Origin: Marsupella aquatica | Lineage: Eukaryota; Plantae; Marchantiophyta | Assembly: GCA_973895155.1 (NCBI GenBank) | Contig: OZ316891.1 | Span: forward strand, 27,627,561-27,691,560 | DNA length: 64,000 nt | Direction: 5' to 3' | In this document: positions 53,484 to 64,000 of the stretch, in pieces | Position numbering within the stretch: the stretch's first letter is position 1 | How the letters are laid out: each line of letters opens with the position of its first letter | Made by a program: the position numbers and the translations under genes | The notes under the pieces: model-generated | Seen by the model: only the letters and a program-made list of their open reading frames with translations | The model's database searches: none | Told to the model about the DNA's origin: nothing

Positions 53484-53842
53484 TGTGAGGGCATTAGCTC
53501 CCGGCTGACAGTCGATCACCTGGGCTATAGGAATGGGAATAGGATCATATATATATAAGAACCTGGTTTATGCGGTTCAGTTTATCTCAATCATATTGTG
53601 TCAATTCTAACATTGTATCAGAGCGGTTCTGATTGGGATCTCTTAATCGCCCCATAGTAAGCACGGATGAATAGGAATCATGTATATATAAGAACCTGGT
53701 TTATGCGGTTCAGTTTATCTCAATCAAATTGTGTCAATTCTAATATTGTATCAGAGCGGTTCTGATTGGGATCTCTTAATCGCCCCATAGTAAGCACGGA
53801 TGAACGACACTACGGAATCGGGTACGGAATAGGAGGGTGTGA
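53484..53842 (+). mobile_element. Miniature LTR-retrotransposon remnant (short LTR + tRNA-Met PBS, partly duplicated)
   Basis: TGTGAG(53484)...TATATATAAG...TTCTAACA(53612) followed by TTGTATCAGAGC (11/12 match to the TGGTATCAGAGC PBS); ~132-bp tandem duplication 53537-53801; purine tract AGGAGGG+TGTGA at 53831-53842. Confidence 0.55.
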
Positions 53843-53865
53843 TTTACGTCATTTGTTAATTTTTT

Positions 53866-54067
53866 ATTGACTGGATTTGGATAAGGAAACATTATTTGCA
53901 GATAGTGATATATGTATTTCTATCTGAATTCATTGACTGGATAAGGAAACATCAGCGCGCAAATATGCAAATAGTGATATACGTATTTCTATCTAAGTAT
54001 CTGAATTCATTGACTGGATAAGGAAACATCAGCGCGCAAATATGCAAATAGGGATATACGTATTAAT
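53866..54067. repeat. ~70-bp tandem repeat x3
   Basis: ATTGACTGGATAAGGAAACAT...TGCA(A/G)ATAG(T)GATATA.GTATT occurs three times. Confidence 0.85.
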
Positions 54068-54876
54068 TTCTATGTGAATGCTACATGCATGCAACATCTA
54101 TGCCGATTTTAATTATCAGAAGTCTCAGAAACTGATTGGAGACTTTCTATCTGAAAGCTACATACATGCAACACTATGCTGATTTTAATTATCAGAAGTC
54201 TCAGAAACTGATTGGAGACTTTCTATCCGAAAGCTACATGCATGCAACACTGTGCTGATTTTAATTATCAGAAGTCTCAGAAACTGATTGGAGACGCAAG
54301 TACGTAAGAAGTAAATGATGCCTGAGATGTTTGAAAATGTGATAAGGGCATGTAAAAGGCTGCTTTTAATTATCAGAAGTCTGAGAAACTGATTGGAGAC
54401 TTTCTATCTGAAAGCTACATGCATGCAACACTATGCTGATTTTAATTATCAGAAGTCTCAGAAACTGATTGGAGACTTTCTATATGAAAGCTACATTCAT
54501 GCAACATCTATGCTGATTTTAATTATCAGAAGTCTGAGAAACTGATTGGAGACTTTCTATCTGAAAGCTACTTTCATGCAACATCTATGCTGATTTTAAT
54601 TATCAGAAGTCAGAGAAACTGATTGGAGACTTTCTATCTGAAAGCTACATTCATGCAACATCTATGCTGATTTTTAATTATCAGAAGTCTAAGAAACTGA
54701 TTGGAGACACAAGTACGTAAGAAGTAAATGATGCCTGAGGCGTTTGAAAATGTGATAAGGGCATGTAAAAGGCTGATTTTAATTATCAGAAGTCTCAGAA
54801 ACTGATTGGAGACGCAAGTACATAAGAAGTAAATGATGCCTGAGGCGTTTGAAAATGTGATAAGGGCATGTAAAAG
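54068..54876. repeat. Composite array: nine 42-bp repeats separated by two recurrent spacer types
   Basis: R=GCTGATTTTAATTATCAGAAGTCTCAGAAACTGATTGGAGAC at 54102, 54178, 54254, 54359, 54435, 54512, 54589, 54666 and 54772; spacers A (~34 bp) and B (~63 bp). Confidence 0.95.
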
Positions 54877-55275
54877 GAAGAGTGCATGTAAATGCGTCCT
54901 GCCCCAGGTTTAGTACGAGCTGGTTGATGTCAAACTACAACTTCATCGAGGAGATGTTGAGGCAAGGGGACTCTGCCAAGCGACTTGCATGGTGGTGCCA
55001 AGAGTGAGGTCTATCCGGTGAGAATAAATTCACTAATATGAGCATCCACCACTAGTGTCTCTCTCTAACACTATATATAGCACTCAATGTTTGCTCTTTT
55101 TTGTGATAGTCTCTTTATGAAACTAGCTTCAACTATTGGTTCCAACATGAGTAGTGGAGATTACAATAAAAATGTCACCAAAATAAATTTTTTATTCACA
55201 TTTTTGTGAACGAAATTACAAAATTCATCATAGATATCATTATTTTAATAATTATACATATCATACTACACTATT

Positions 55276-58224
55276 TACGGACCCCCATGAGAGGTCTCTT
55301 GCAAATTCGTTGTCATAAGGTTGCACCACATCATCACAACCAGTCACAAACAGGAATGATCATATTTTTAACAATAACAAACGTGCACATTCATGTTTGT
55401 GGCAAAAGCAACGTTTGGGGTGCCATGCCATAAATATTAAACGTAAAAAAATCAAAATACAAAGAAAAAGATGTCATTTAGGAAAATAAAATTACCATTC
55501 TGATGTTTGTCAAAGATATATCAGTATTTTATATCAAAATGCCTGTATTTTTTAATTGTTTGCAAGTTTGAAAAACCAATCGATAGAAATGTACATAGTT
55601 AAAACCCCTTTGCCTTCACATTGTAAAACTAAATAATCAATCTCCTTATATAGTACTTGATAAAATATGTCAATGTTTGATTCATTGGAAAACTCAAGAT
55701 CAAGATTTAGAAACTCGTGACCTTTTTAGTACTGTCTTGATAAAATCTCTCAATCGGGCTCCCAATGTCACACTCATTGGAAAGCTAGAGTAAAATTAAA
55801 AACTCATCATCTCTTTAGTCCTTGACAAAATCTATCAATGTTAGGTTCATTGGAAAGCTAAAGAAATTCAGATACTCATGATCTCTAATTTTTGACAATT
55901 AATCCGTGGACCCCCATGTTCATCCAAGGAATGTGTGTTTGATGAAGTGAATTCAATTTTCAACAAGGTGATAATCGACGGTTTTGAGTCTCCCGATGGT
56001 CTTGGTGTGTGCTCGTACAAAAGAAAACGCCCAAAATATAGAGGAGATTTATCAATGGAAGGTTGAATATGGAGGAATTGAGTTTTTTGACGGTTTTTGT
56101 TTACAAATTGGAGAAATTGTGTTTCTATCATTCATGATTGATCGTTTGTGAATTACATTGACCATTACCGTCACAAGACAGACTGGAGAACAACACTTAG
56201 CTATTGGCAAAAGAGCGTTTGTCGATTCAGTGGGAAGAACACACAAAACAAACGAGTCATCGCTTCACATGAAGGACTTGTAGTTTTTTTATTTAAGAAA
56301 GCTATGGTGTGAGAGGGAGACCAACAATTGTTTCTTTGACATAGAGGCTGCATTTGGCGTCAACCTGTGTTCAGAGTGAGCTAGCTTCAGTTGAAGACTA
56401 GAGGAATGTGAACAATTCAAGCCGGGAAGCAAGCATTATGGACAAGGGATGGCAACATAATCAAAGAAATCAATTTTCAACGGCTAAGTTTGTGACGGTG
56501 CTGAGATTGTGATATCTCTTAATCGAGAAAGGGTTTCCAATGAGCCTCAGATTGACAATTTTGTCAAGTTCCAAATGAGTTTTTGAATTTCTTTGCCTTT
56601 CCAATGAGTGTGAGTAAAAAGAATATTGATCATGAGTCCATGAATTCTTTTAGCTTTCCAACATTGAGTCCGACATTGACAAATTGTATGTCAGATTTTG
56701 TCACGATACTAAAGAGATCATGAGGTTTTCAATCTCTATAGCTTTCTAATGTGTGGTCAACATTGAGATTATTCGTCAAGAATTAGAGAGATCATGAGTA
56801 TCTGAATTTCTCTAGCTTTCCAATGAACCTAACATTGATAGATTTTGTCAAGTACTAAGAAGATGATGAGTTTTTAATTTTACTTTAACTTTCCAATGAG
56901 TGTGACATTGAGAGATTTTATCAAGACAATACTAAAGAGGTCACGAGATTCTAAATTTTGATCTTGAGTTTTCCAATGAATCAAACATTAACAGATTTTA
57001 TCAAGTACTAAGGAGATTGATTATTTAGTTTTACAATGTGAAGCCAAATGGGTTTACAATTTCTATTGGTTGGTTACTTTTTTCAAGCTTGCAAACAATT
57101 AAAAAATACAAGCATTTTGATATAAAACATTGATATATCTTTGACAAACATCAAAATGGTAACTTTATTTTACTAAATGACATATCTCCCTTTGTACTTT
57201 GGTTTTTTTACGTTCAATATTTACGGCATGGCATCCCAAAAATTATGTTGCTTTTGCCACAAACAGGAATGTGCACGTTTGTTATTGTTAAAAGTAGGAT
57301 CATTCCGGTTTGTGGCTGGTTGTGGTGATGTGGCGCAACCTCGTGACAGGGAATTTGCAAGAGACCTCTCATGGGGGTCCGTAAATAATCTCAATGTCAC
57401 ACATTAGAAAGCTAAAGAGATTGAAAAACCTCATGATATCTTTAGTACCGTGACAAAATCTAACATGAAATTTGTCAATGTCGGACTCAATATTGGAAAG
57501 CTAAAAGAATTCATGAACTTATGATCAAAATTTCCTATATTCACACTCATTGGAAAGGCAAAAAAATTGTCAATCTGAGGCTCATTGGAAACCCTTTCTC
57601 GAATTAAGAGATATCATAATCTCGTCACCGTCACAAACTTAGCCGTTGCAAATTGATTTCTTTGATTATGTTGCCATTGCTTGTCCACAATGCTTGTTTC
57701 TTGGCTTGAATTGTTTGCATCCCTCTAGTCTTCAACTGAATCTCACTTTGAACACAAGTTGACCCCAAATGCAGCCTCTATGTCAAAGAAACAATTGTTG
57801 GTCTCCCCCTCACACCATAGCTTTCTTAAATAAAAAAATCTACAAATCCTTTGTGTGAAGTGATGGCTTGTTCGTTTTGTGTGTTCTTCCCATCAAATCG
57901 ACAAGCGCTCTTTTGCCAACAGTTGAGTGTTGTCCTCCAGTTTGTCTTGTGGTGGTAGTGTTCAATGTGACTAAGAAATGATCAATCAAGAATGATAGAA
58001 ACACAATTTCTCCAAGATGTAAGCAAAAACCTTCAAAAAATTCAATTCCTTCACATTCAACCTTCTGTTTGATAAATCTTCTTTATCTTTTGAGCGTTTT
58101 CTGTTGTATGAGCACACACCAATACCATCAAGAGACTCAAAACCAGCGGTTATCGCCTTGCTTAAAATTGATTTCACTTCATCACACACACATTCCTTGG
58201 ATGAACATGGAGGTTCACGGATTA
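55276..58224 (-). mobile_element. Unclassified ~1.46-kb non-autonomous element X, outer copy (55276-55899 + 57387-58224)
   Basis: The two halves joined are the reverse complement of 55900-57383; flanked by ATT on both sides; internal repeats containing CATTGGAAAG. Confidence 0.85.
55900..57383 (+). mobile_element. Element X, inner copy (1484 bp), inserted in opposite orientation into the outer copy
   Basis: Starts TAATCCGTGGACCCCCATG and ends CATGGGGGTCCGTA; flanked by AAT (55897-55899, 57384-57386). Confidence 0.85.
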
Positions 58225-59023
58225 ATTTCTATGCACATCCCTCTTTCTAAGGACATATGTTATGATGGAACCATAAAGTAAATAGAAATCATGACAAACA
58301 TCATACATATATCATTTGAAATATATCATAGTCATTTTTCCATCCACATGATGAGGCATGGAGTTACCGTCTAGAGGCTTCACTCTAGAAACATAGGCCT
58401 CAACTCTAGCTTGTAGTTGGCACTTTATAAATAAGATGACATTTGGGCAGAAAATATATGCTGTAAATTGGATTCGTTGGCATTTTTCTTGGGCCGTTCG
58501 TTTGTTGTTTGTGTGCCCCCTCGCTTGCTCCTTCGCCCTCAGCCTCCTTGCCACAACCCTGTATCCCATAGCCTAGCCTTTGCGCTCGCTCTCTGACATC
58601 CACCCTTGCCATGGGCCTGCCTCGCCCCCTGGTGCATGGTCCTGGCACGCCCTACTTCCTTCCCACGCCGCCCTCCCCCTGCCATTCTGCCTGCCTCTGT
58701 GGCTTACTTTGAGTGCCACGACTACCCTTGTTGTATTCTCCTTTGGAAGTTCGGGACCTCAAGGGCGGGAAAATTTCCGGCCCTGGCCCTTGCTTCCCCA
58801 CAAAATATGCCATCGGGACTGCCTTACTGTCGCAGCTTTTTGAAGTGACACGGGTTCACTTGAGGGCCGGAAAACAAAGGACCTTGCACACGCAAGACGG
58901 CCCTTAATTATGAGTTAACCCTAACAGGTGTAGGGTTTAGGGGTCCCATGGAACCACAATGCTTCTTCGGTGAAGACTTTGGAAAGACTTGAAAGGGAGA
59001 GACAGAAAAAGAAAATGCTGAAC

Positions 59024-59318
59024 TGAGATGAGATGAGATGAGATGAGATGAGAGACAGGATTTTACAGGTTTCGAATCACGCTATCGAGAAGCCGAGAGA
59101 GAGCACGTCCTCGTTGAGAAACAGGAATTTTACAGGTTTCGAATCGCGCTATCGAGAAGGCTAGAGAGAGCACTTCCTCGTTGAGAGAGAGGAGTTTTAC
59201 AGGTTTCGAATCGCGCTATCTAGAAGGCGAGAGAGAGCACGTCCTCGTTGAGAGATAGGAATTTTACAGGTTTCGAATCGCGCTATCGAGAAGGCGAGAG
59301 ATAGCACGTCCTCGTTGA
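59024..59318. repeat. (GATGA)n microsatellite followed by a 67-bp tandem repeat x4
   Basis: AGGA.TTTTACAGGTTTCGAATCGCGCTATCGAGAAGGCGAGAGAGAGCACGTCCTCGTTGAGA; units start at ~59052, 59118, 59185 and 59252. Confidence 0.95.
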
Positions 59319-59794
59319 GAGATATAGAAGTTTTGGGCATTTCAGAGGAAGAAAGATTGAGCTTGACTGTTGCAATTGAGGCAGGCTGAATTGTGACCGA
59401 ATCGAGTTTGAGAAGCAGGCACAGGATTTTCGCAGTTCAGAGGAAGACGAGAGATCGAGCTAGGTTTATTTATGTTCAGGCAGGCTGAGATTGGGATGGC
59501 ATCGGGATTGAGAAGCAGGCACAGACATTGAGTTTCGTCTTCGAGAAGCACAGAAATTCCGCAGTTTGAACGAAGAGAATTCGAGCCAGGGTTTTGATAT
59601 TGAAGCAGGCTGAGATTGGGATTGGATTGAGGCTGAGAAGCAGGAAGCCTGCGATTGACCTTCGTCATTGAGAGAGAAATCGAAATTTCGCAATTCGGAG
59701 GAGGAGGAATCGTGCTAGGTTTGATTTTGAGGTAGGCTGAGGTAAGGATTGGGATTGAGCTTGAGAAGCAGGTTTAGGGTTGTGTAATCTGTCG

Positions 59795-61341
59795 ATGGCA
59801 ACGACATGGAGCACGCTGGGAACGGCCGCGACGACCGTTAGCGAGGAGTCAGAGGATTATGCGTGCGGACGGGACGGGACCAGAGACGCCGGTTGCACCT
59901 ACAGCACCCTGCGCAGAACGATCTGTGCTCTGGAGAAGGACGCTTCTGGCAAGCCCGTTCAGAAATGCGAGAAGACGGAGCAGCTCCTCAGGAAATGCCC
60001 TGGCCAGTACGTTGTCTTTTCCTTTTTCTTGTTCTCCCCTTTTTCGTTGCAGACATCACACGGGCCGCGCCATTCTCGTAATCTGCGGGGCGTTTGACCG
60101 ACTAGTTGGTTCTTTGTAGAAACGTTTTTTTTTCATGGAAAGACTTTTGATTGATGAATTGTAGAAACTTCTCGGACGTGATATTAAAATGAATGAAATG
60201 TTGAAAGAAGATGGAATTTCTTTCCGATACCTGGCGTAAGTGTTCGTGTTTGAGAGGTGGTGGTATAATGAGAGTGCTACTTGTGCGGAGGTCGTTATAA
60301 GCTAGACGAATGGAGAAAGCTTGCTTGAGGCCTAATTTCGCATGGTATCGTTAGTTAGGACATTCATGCGTCGGTTATAATTCACATCGTTACATTTCCT
60401 GGATATATAACTGATGAGGATGTTGAGCAGTTCTCGGTCTCGTTTCTCCCTCTGTTTTTTTATATGATGTCAGACATGGCGTTTGTAGTTTCGCTCCCTT
60501 GAGAGCTGTGACAGTCATGGTCATTTTCATGCGTGAAATAGTTCTTTTGGGCAGCTGCGGGATCTGGAAATATATTTGAAGTTCTTTTTAATTTCTCTTA
60601 AGACTTGCAACTGAGAGCGACTGACAGACTGATTAGAGACGGGGGCCTAGATTGAAGCCGTGACAAGGAAGAAATGACGAAAGTCCAATTGATGGCTTGG
60701 CAGAAAATCCAAATATGACTGAAACTATACTCAAAATATGGCTGGAATCTAAGATAAATAGAAGACAAAACTACTTGGCGATGAAGGGTTGTGGTTTCTG
60801 AGGTTGTATTCGTTACCTAATCAAAGTGTCGTACGTGACTTAGTCACAATGCCCTGACATTTTTTTCATGAGCAGGCCAGCTGAAGTGGTGGATTCTAAG
60901 GTCGAAGCTACTGAGGAAGATGCATCGACCAGTCACCGCACGTTTTCACTAGACTATGACAGCAGTGCAGGGGGCAGATATGCTACCCCATTTCAATGGC
61001 AGGAGAAACGATTTGGACCCGGTGGGGATGCTGCAAGCGAGGATAACCCATTGCGAGGGCTTTTTGAAAGAAGTGATCCGGCGTCTCCAGGAACACTTGA
61101 AGAGCTCTTGCATGGTGTGTTTGGCGGTCCGTTTGACGTCTCAGAGTCTCAGAGAGCTGCACCGCCCACCGCATCTCCTGGGTTTGCTGAACATTTGACC
61201 GGTTGGTTCAAGAGGGGCCCACTTGGTGGTGAAGGCCAAAAATCTCCTTCTGCAGATGTCTCATCGTCTGATCAGTCCAAATCGAAGCAAGAAGTTACAA
61301 AACTCTATGAATCACTTGCTAGAGGAGTACAGGAAGTTTGA
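59795..61341 (+). CDS. Mal d 1-/Fra a 1-associated protein (MdAP/FaAP)-like
   Basis: Exons 59795-60006 and 60876-61341 (GT-AG, phase 2); spliced motif C..STLRRTIC..E...GK.V.KCEKTEQLLRKCPGQPAEVV.S..E.TEED matches the family as recalled; C-terminal ..VQEV*. Confidence 0.8.
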
Positions 61342-63504
61342 GAACACTTTTTTGATCTGTGGATGTCATCAGGTAGTCACCGTTTCAGTTTTGAGGCAAC
61401 AGTTTCTAGGCCCACATGGTGCCCGCCTTCCCCCCACCACCACCCCCGGCTTGCATGGCTTCAAAGTAAACCAAGAGCAGTAAGTGCCGAAACTTGTTCA
61501 TGTAATTCCCTGATGTTCCCTTGGGCACCACTGACTGGATTTGTGTCTTGCGTCTGCCTCGAAGGAAAGGTACCGGAATGTTACTCGTTACTTTAGTCGA
61601 CTCGTATGACTCGGGAAAATTCATTGCTGTGGAGTCTATCTCAACATCTACTGTACAAGATTATCCACCGCGCAACGCTTTGGAAACTCATGTGACCTGA
61701 GACCCACTTGTGACTCCCTTTACGGGATCAAGGTGGTACTTTGTAGACTGGCCTTCACCAGCCTTCGTCTGCAATATCCACGAGTTTGTTCCCCCAAATA
61801 GATCCATAGCTCACCTGTTCAACGAGGGTTTGATTCTTGCTGAACTTCCCTCCGGGTTTTGTCTCATACAGGGTGCTACCTACCAGATATTCTAGACGAG
61901 GTCCTTGCCTTGAGAGGGTTGATAACAAGAATTGGTCACTAGACCACACTTTTACGTTTGTTCTCCACGATTGAGAACACTGAGAGAGTCCTCGTATCTG
62001 TCATTGTTGATACTGGGGAAAACCCCTAGCTTTTTGTTCTTGTCTGTTCATAAGAATTTTGTGATTTTCCTAGCTGCTGGACTACTATAGCCTGTATATA
62101 TCTCGAGTGTAAATGCGACCATACTTGTGTGCTGTGGAATTACACATTTTAGCCATGATTTGGACTCGAAGTTGACGGAACATATCAGAGCATCAAATTT
62201 TGGCATATCCTGCTCTTGATCTCTTTTCAATGAAAATGTTGAGTTGGATTGTATCAGTGGAAACAGATTTGAATTCAGGATTATCTTCAAATGCGCGTGA
62301 CAAGAATGATGTACTTCACGTCGTGGCAGAGATTGCACTTTGTGGCAGGCAATGACTTGCAGCTTGTTTGATACTTAAAGTCTCCATAGGATGGTAGCGT
62401 CAATTTGGTTTTCTGCCGAACAACTCTATTTGGGGCATACTATGTGCAATGCTTAGGCTGACCATTGATCCTTCGCTTGTGTGATGAGCTAAGAACCCAA
62501 TGCCAGAATCTTGATTACAATGGCAGACCCAGTCTCATTCAACCAAATTGGAGTGAGTGCGGACTTAGATTTTCACAATACATTCTAAAGTGGTTTGAAA
62601 TTGACTTATTGATGCCCTATACCAGTCCTCAGTCCTTCATCCAAGAAAAGTGAAGTCATGGATCTTTTCCAGATGATGTAGGAATGCTATTTAGTAGAAG
62701 GTAACATCAATATGAGCCAAAAATCTATACTACAATTTACAACTGAAGTTCACTCTTCATGACCTACTCATGAGAATGAAGCATTAGGTATTGATTTCTC
62801 TAGTAACAATAATTTTGATATTTAGATTATCCTTGTGAATAGAGATGAGCATGGGGATTACAGCCAGAACGGGCCTTAGTATGCATAAGCAAGGGCATTT
62901 GGACTAGTATCACCTTCCTTGACTGTAGTAGGCCATAGGGAGTGGACAAGTGACAATTTTGAGCTAATTAACTCAACTAGAAACTCCAAAATTATCATCA
63001 ATCAGCCATGTACCAATGCCCCCTTGAATTGTGAACATTTCCCATTTCTTGCTTGACACAACTTAACTAGAATTGAGTCTTTTGGGTTGATTTCTATGGG
63101 AGTCCTCGTAGATGGATTTGGGATAAGTTTGCTCCTACCAGTCAGAGATTTTCAAGGCCAATTATTTGCCATTGGGTGAAGTAGTTCCAAAGTGTAGAAG
63201 GGACTTCCTCAGTGGCATATTCATGCTCTCAATTATTGGACAAATTATGTGAAGCCAAGATTTTGTTGTCTTATATGACAATGGTAGACTAGCTCCCCAG
63301 TAACAACTATTCAGGTGTCTGACCCCACTTGTACCATGGGGCTTGTCCATAGTAACGAGGGTGGTATGTAGGGGAAAGAAACGAAATTTGGGGGCATTCT
63401 AACTCTTGGAAGTACCATGTCCCTAACCCAAGAAGCAGCACAACACTGAAAATTTGTCTCTGGTACCCAAAATAATTTATCGTGGCTATCCTTTCCCCAG
63501 GTCA

Positions 63505-63737
63505 TCTCACTAGTATAAGCTCCACAAGTTTACCACCCAAATATGCTAACATGGATAGTGTACCCCACCTCTAGTACAACCACCATATCTTACCAAAATA
63601 CTTTACCTTAGCTATCCTATCTCTCACTAGTATAAGCTCCACAAGTTTACCACCCAAATATGCTAACATGGATATGATACCCCACCTCTAGTACAACTAC
63701 CATATCTTACCAAAATACTTTACCTTGGCTATCCTAC
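63505..63737. repeat. Tandem duplication, ~118 bp x2
   Basis: TCTCACTAGTATAAGCTCCACAAGTTTACCACCCAAATATGCTAACATGGATA...TACTTTACCTT.GCTATCCTA occurs twice, nearly identical. Confidence 0.95.
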
Positions 63738-64000
63738 CATACAACCATTGAATTCACACCCTTGAAGTGAGCTAAGAAGATGGTGATGGTGATTAGTTGT
63801 GAGTGGGAAGCACATGAGAAAGAAGGTGGTAGGTTGGAATGGAAGGTCGAAATGGAGTTAGAAGTTCCACTCGCAAGTCGCCGAAGTTGAAATTCCCGGA
63901 AACGAATGATAGGAAAAATCAGCGACACCAAATATTTTCTGGAGCCACATTCGCTCGACCAAATTGGCTGATATTTTTTGTGGAGGTAGAAGGGAAGTAG

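Larger units (their letters stand above)
55123..58436 (-). mobile_element. Non-autonomous Helitron copy 2, split by a nested insertion (own sequence 55123-55272 and 58228-58436)
   Basis: Minus strand starts A|TCTTATTTATAAAG..CAAGCTAG..TCTAGAGTGAAGCCTCTAGAC, matching 3433-3530, and ends TTTTTATTGT..CTCC.CTA.TCA.GTT...TAGTTGAAG-CTAG|T, matching 3785-3839. Confidence 0.8.

Noticed and set aside
54068-54876. CRISPR array
   Set aside because: Spacers are only two recurring sequences, there are no cas genes, and the context is a spliced eukaryotic genome.
55269-55273. CACTA terminus for element X
   Set aside because: No matching TAGTG at the other end, the inner copy lacks it, and these bases belong to the host Helitron.
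63734-64000. Gene or retroelement fragment at the right edge
   Set aside because: No recognisable motif in any frame within the available sequence.

Overview
Eukaryotic, intron-rich land-plant genomic DNA; a non-seed plant such as a liverwort is plausible but this is inference only. Five plus-strand protein genes can be modelled: a 13-exon DBP3/RH5-type DEAD-box RNA helicase (15518-19919), the peroxisomal protease DEG15 ending in PTS1 -SRL (35655-42306, one GC-AG intron), a NUMOD3-motif protein (48299-52059), an intronless RINGv/RING-CH ORF (52878-53444) and a Mal d 1/Fra a 1-associated-protein homolog (59795-61341). The rest is a dense mosaic of mobile DNA: two minus-strand L1-type LINE remnants, a Helentron/Helitron2-like element with a decayed PIF1 helicase (43553-46210), two copies of a short non-autonomous Helitron, a solo LTR, a Mutator-like MITE, a mini-LTR/PBS remnant and many tandem arrays. 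The most unusual structure is a three-layer nest at 55.1-58.4 kb, in which an unclassified ~1.48-kb element has inserted into an oppositely oriented copy of itself inside a Helitron. Next to it lies a CRISPR-looking (but not CRISPR) 42-bp repeat array with two alternating spacer types. A minisatellite/TATA cassette followed by EAR-motif micro-ORFs (22.9-24.2 kb) is a more speculative candidate. All calls were made by eye without database searches.
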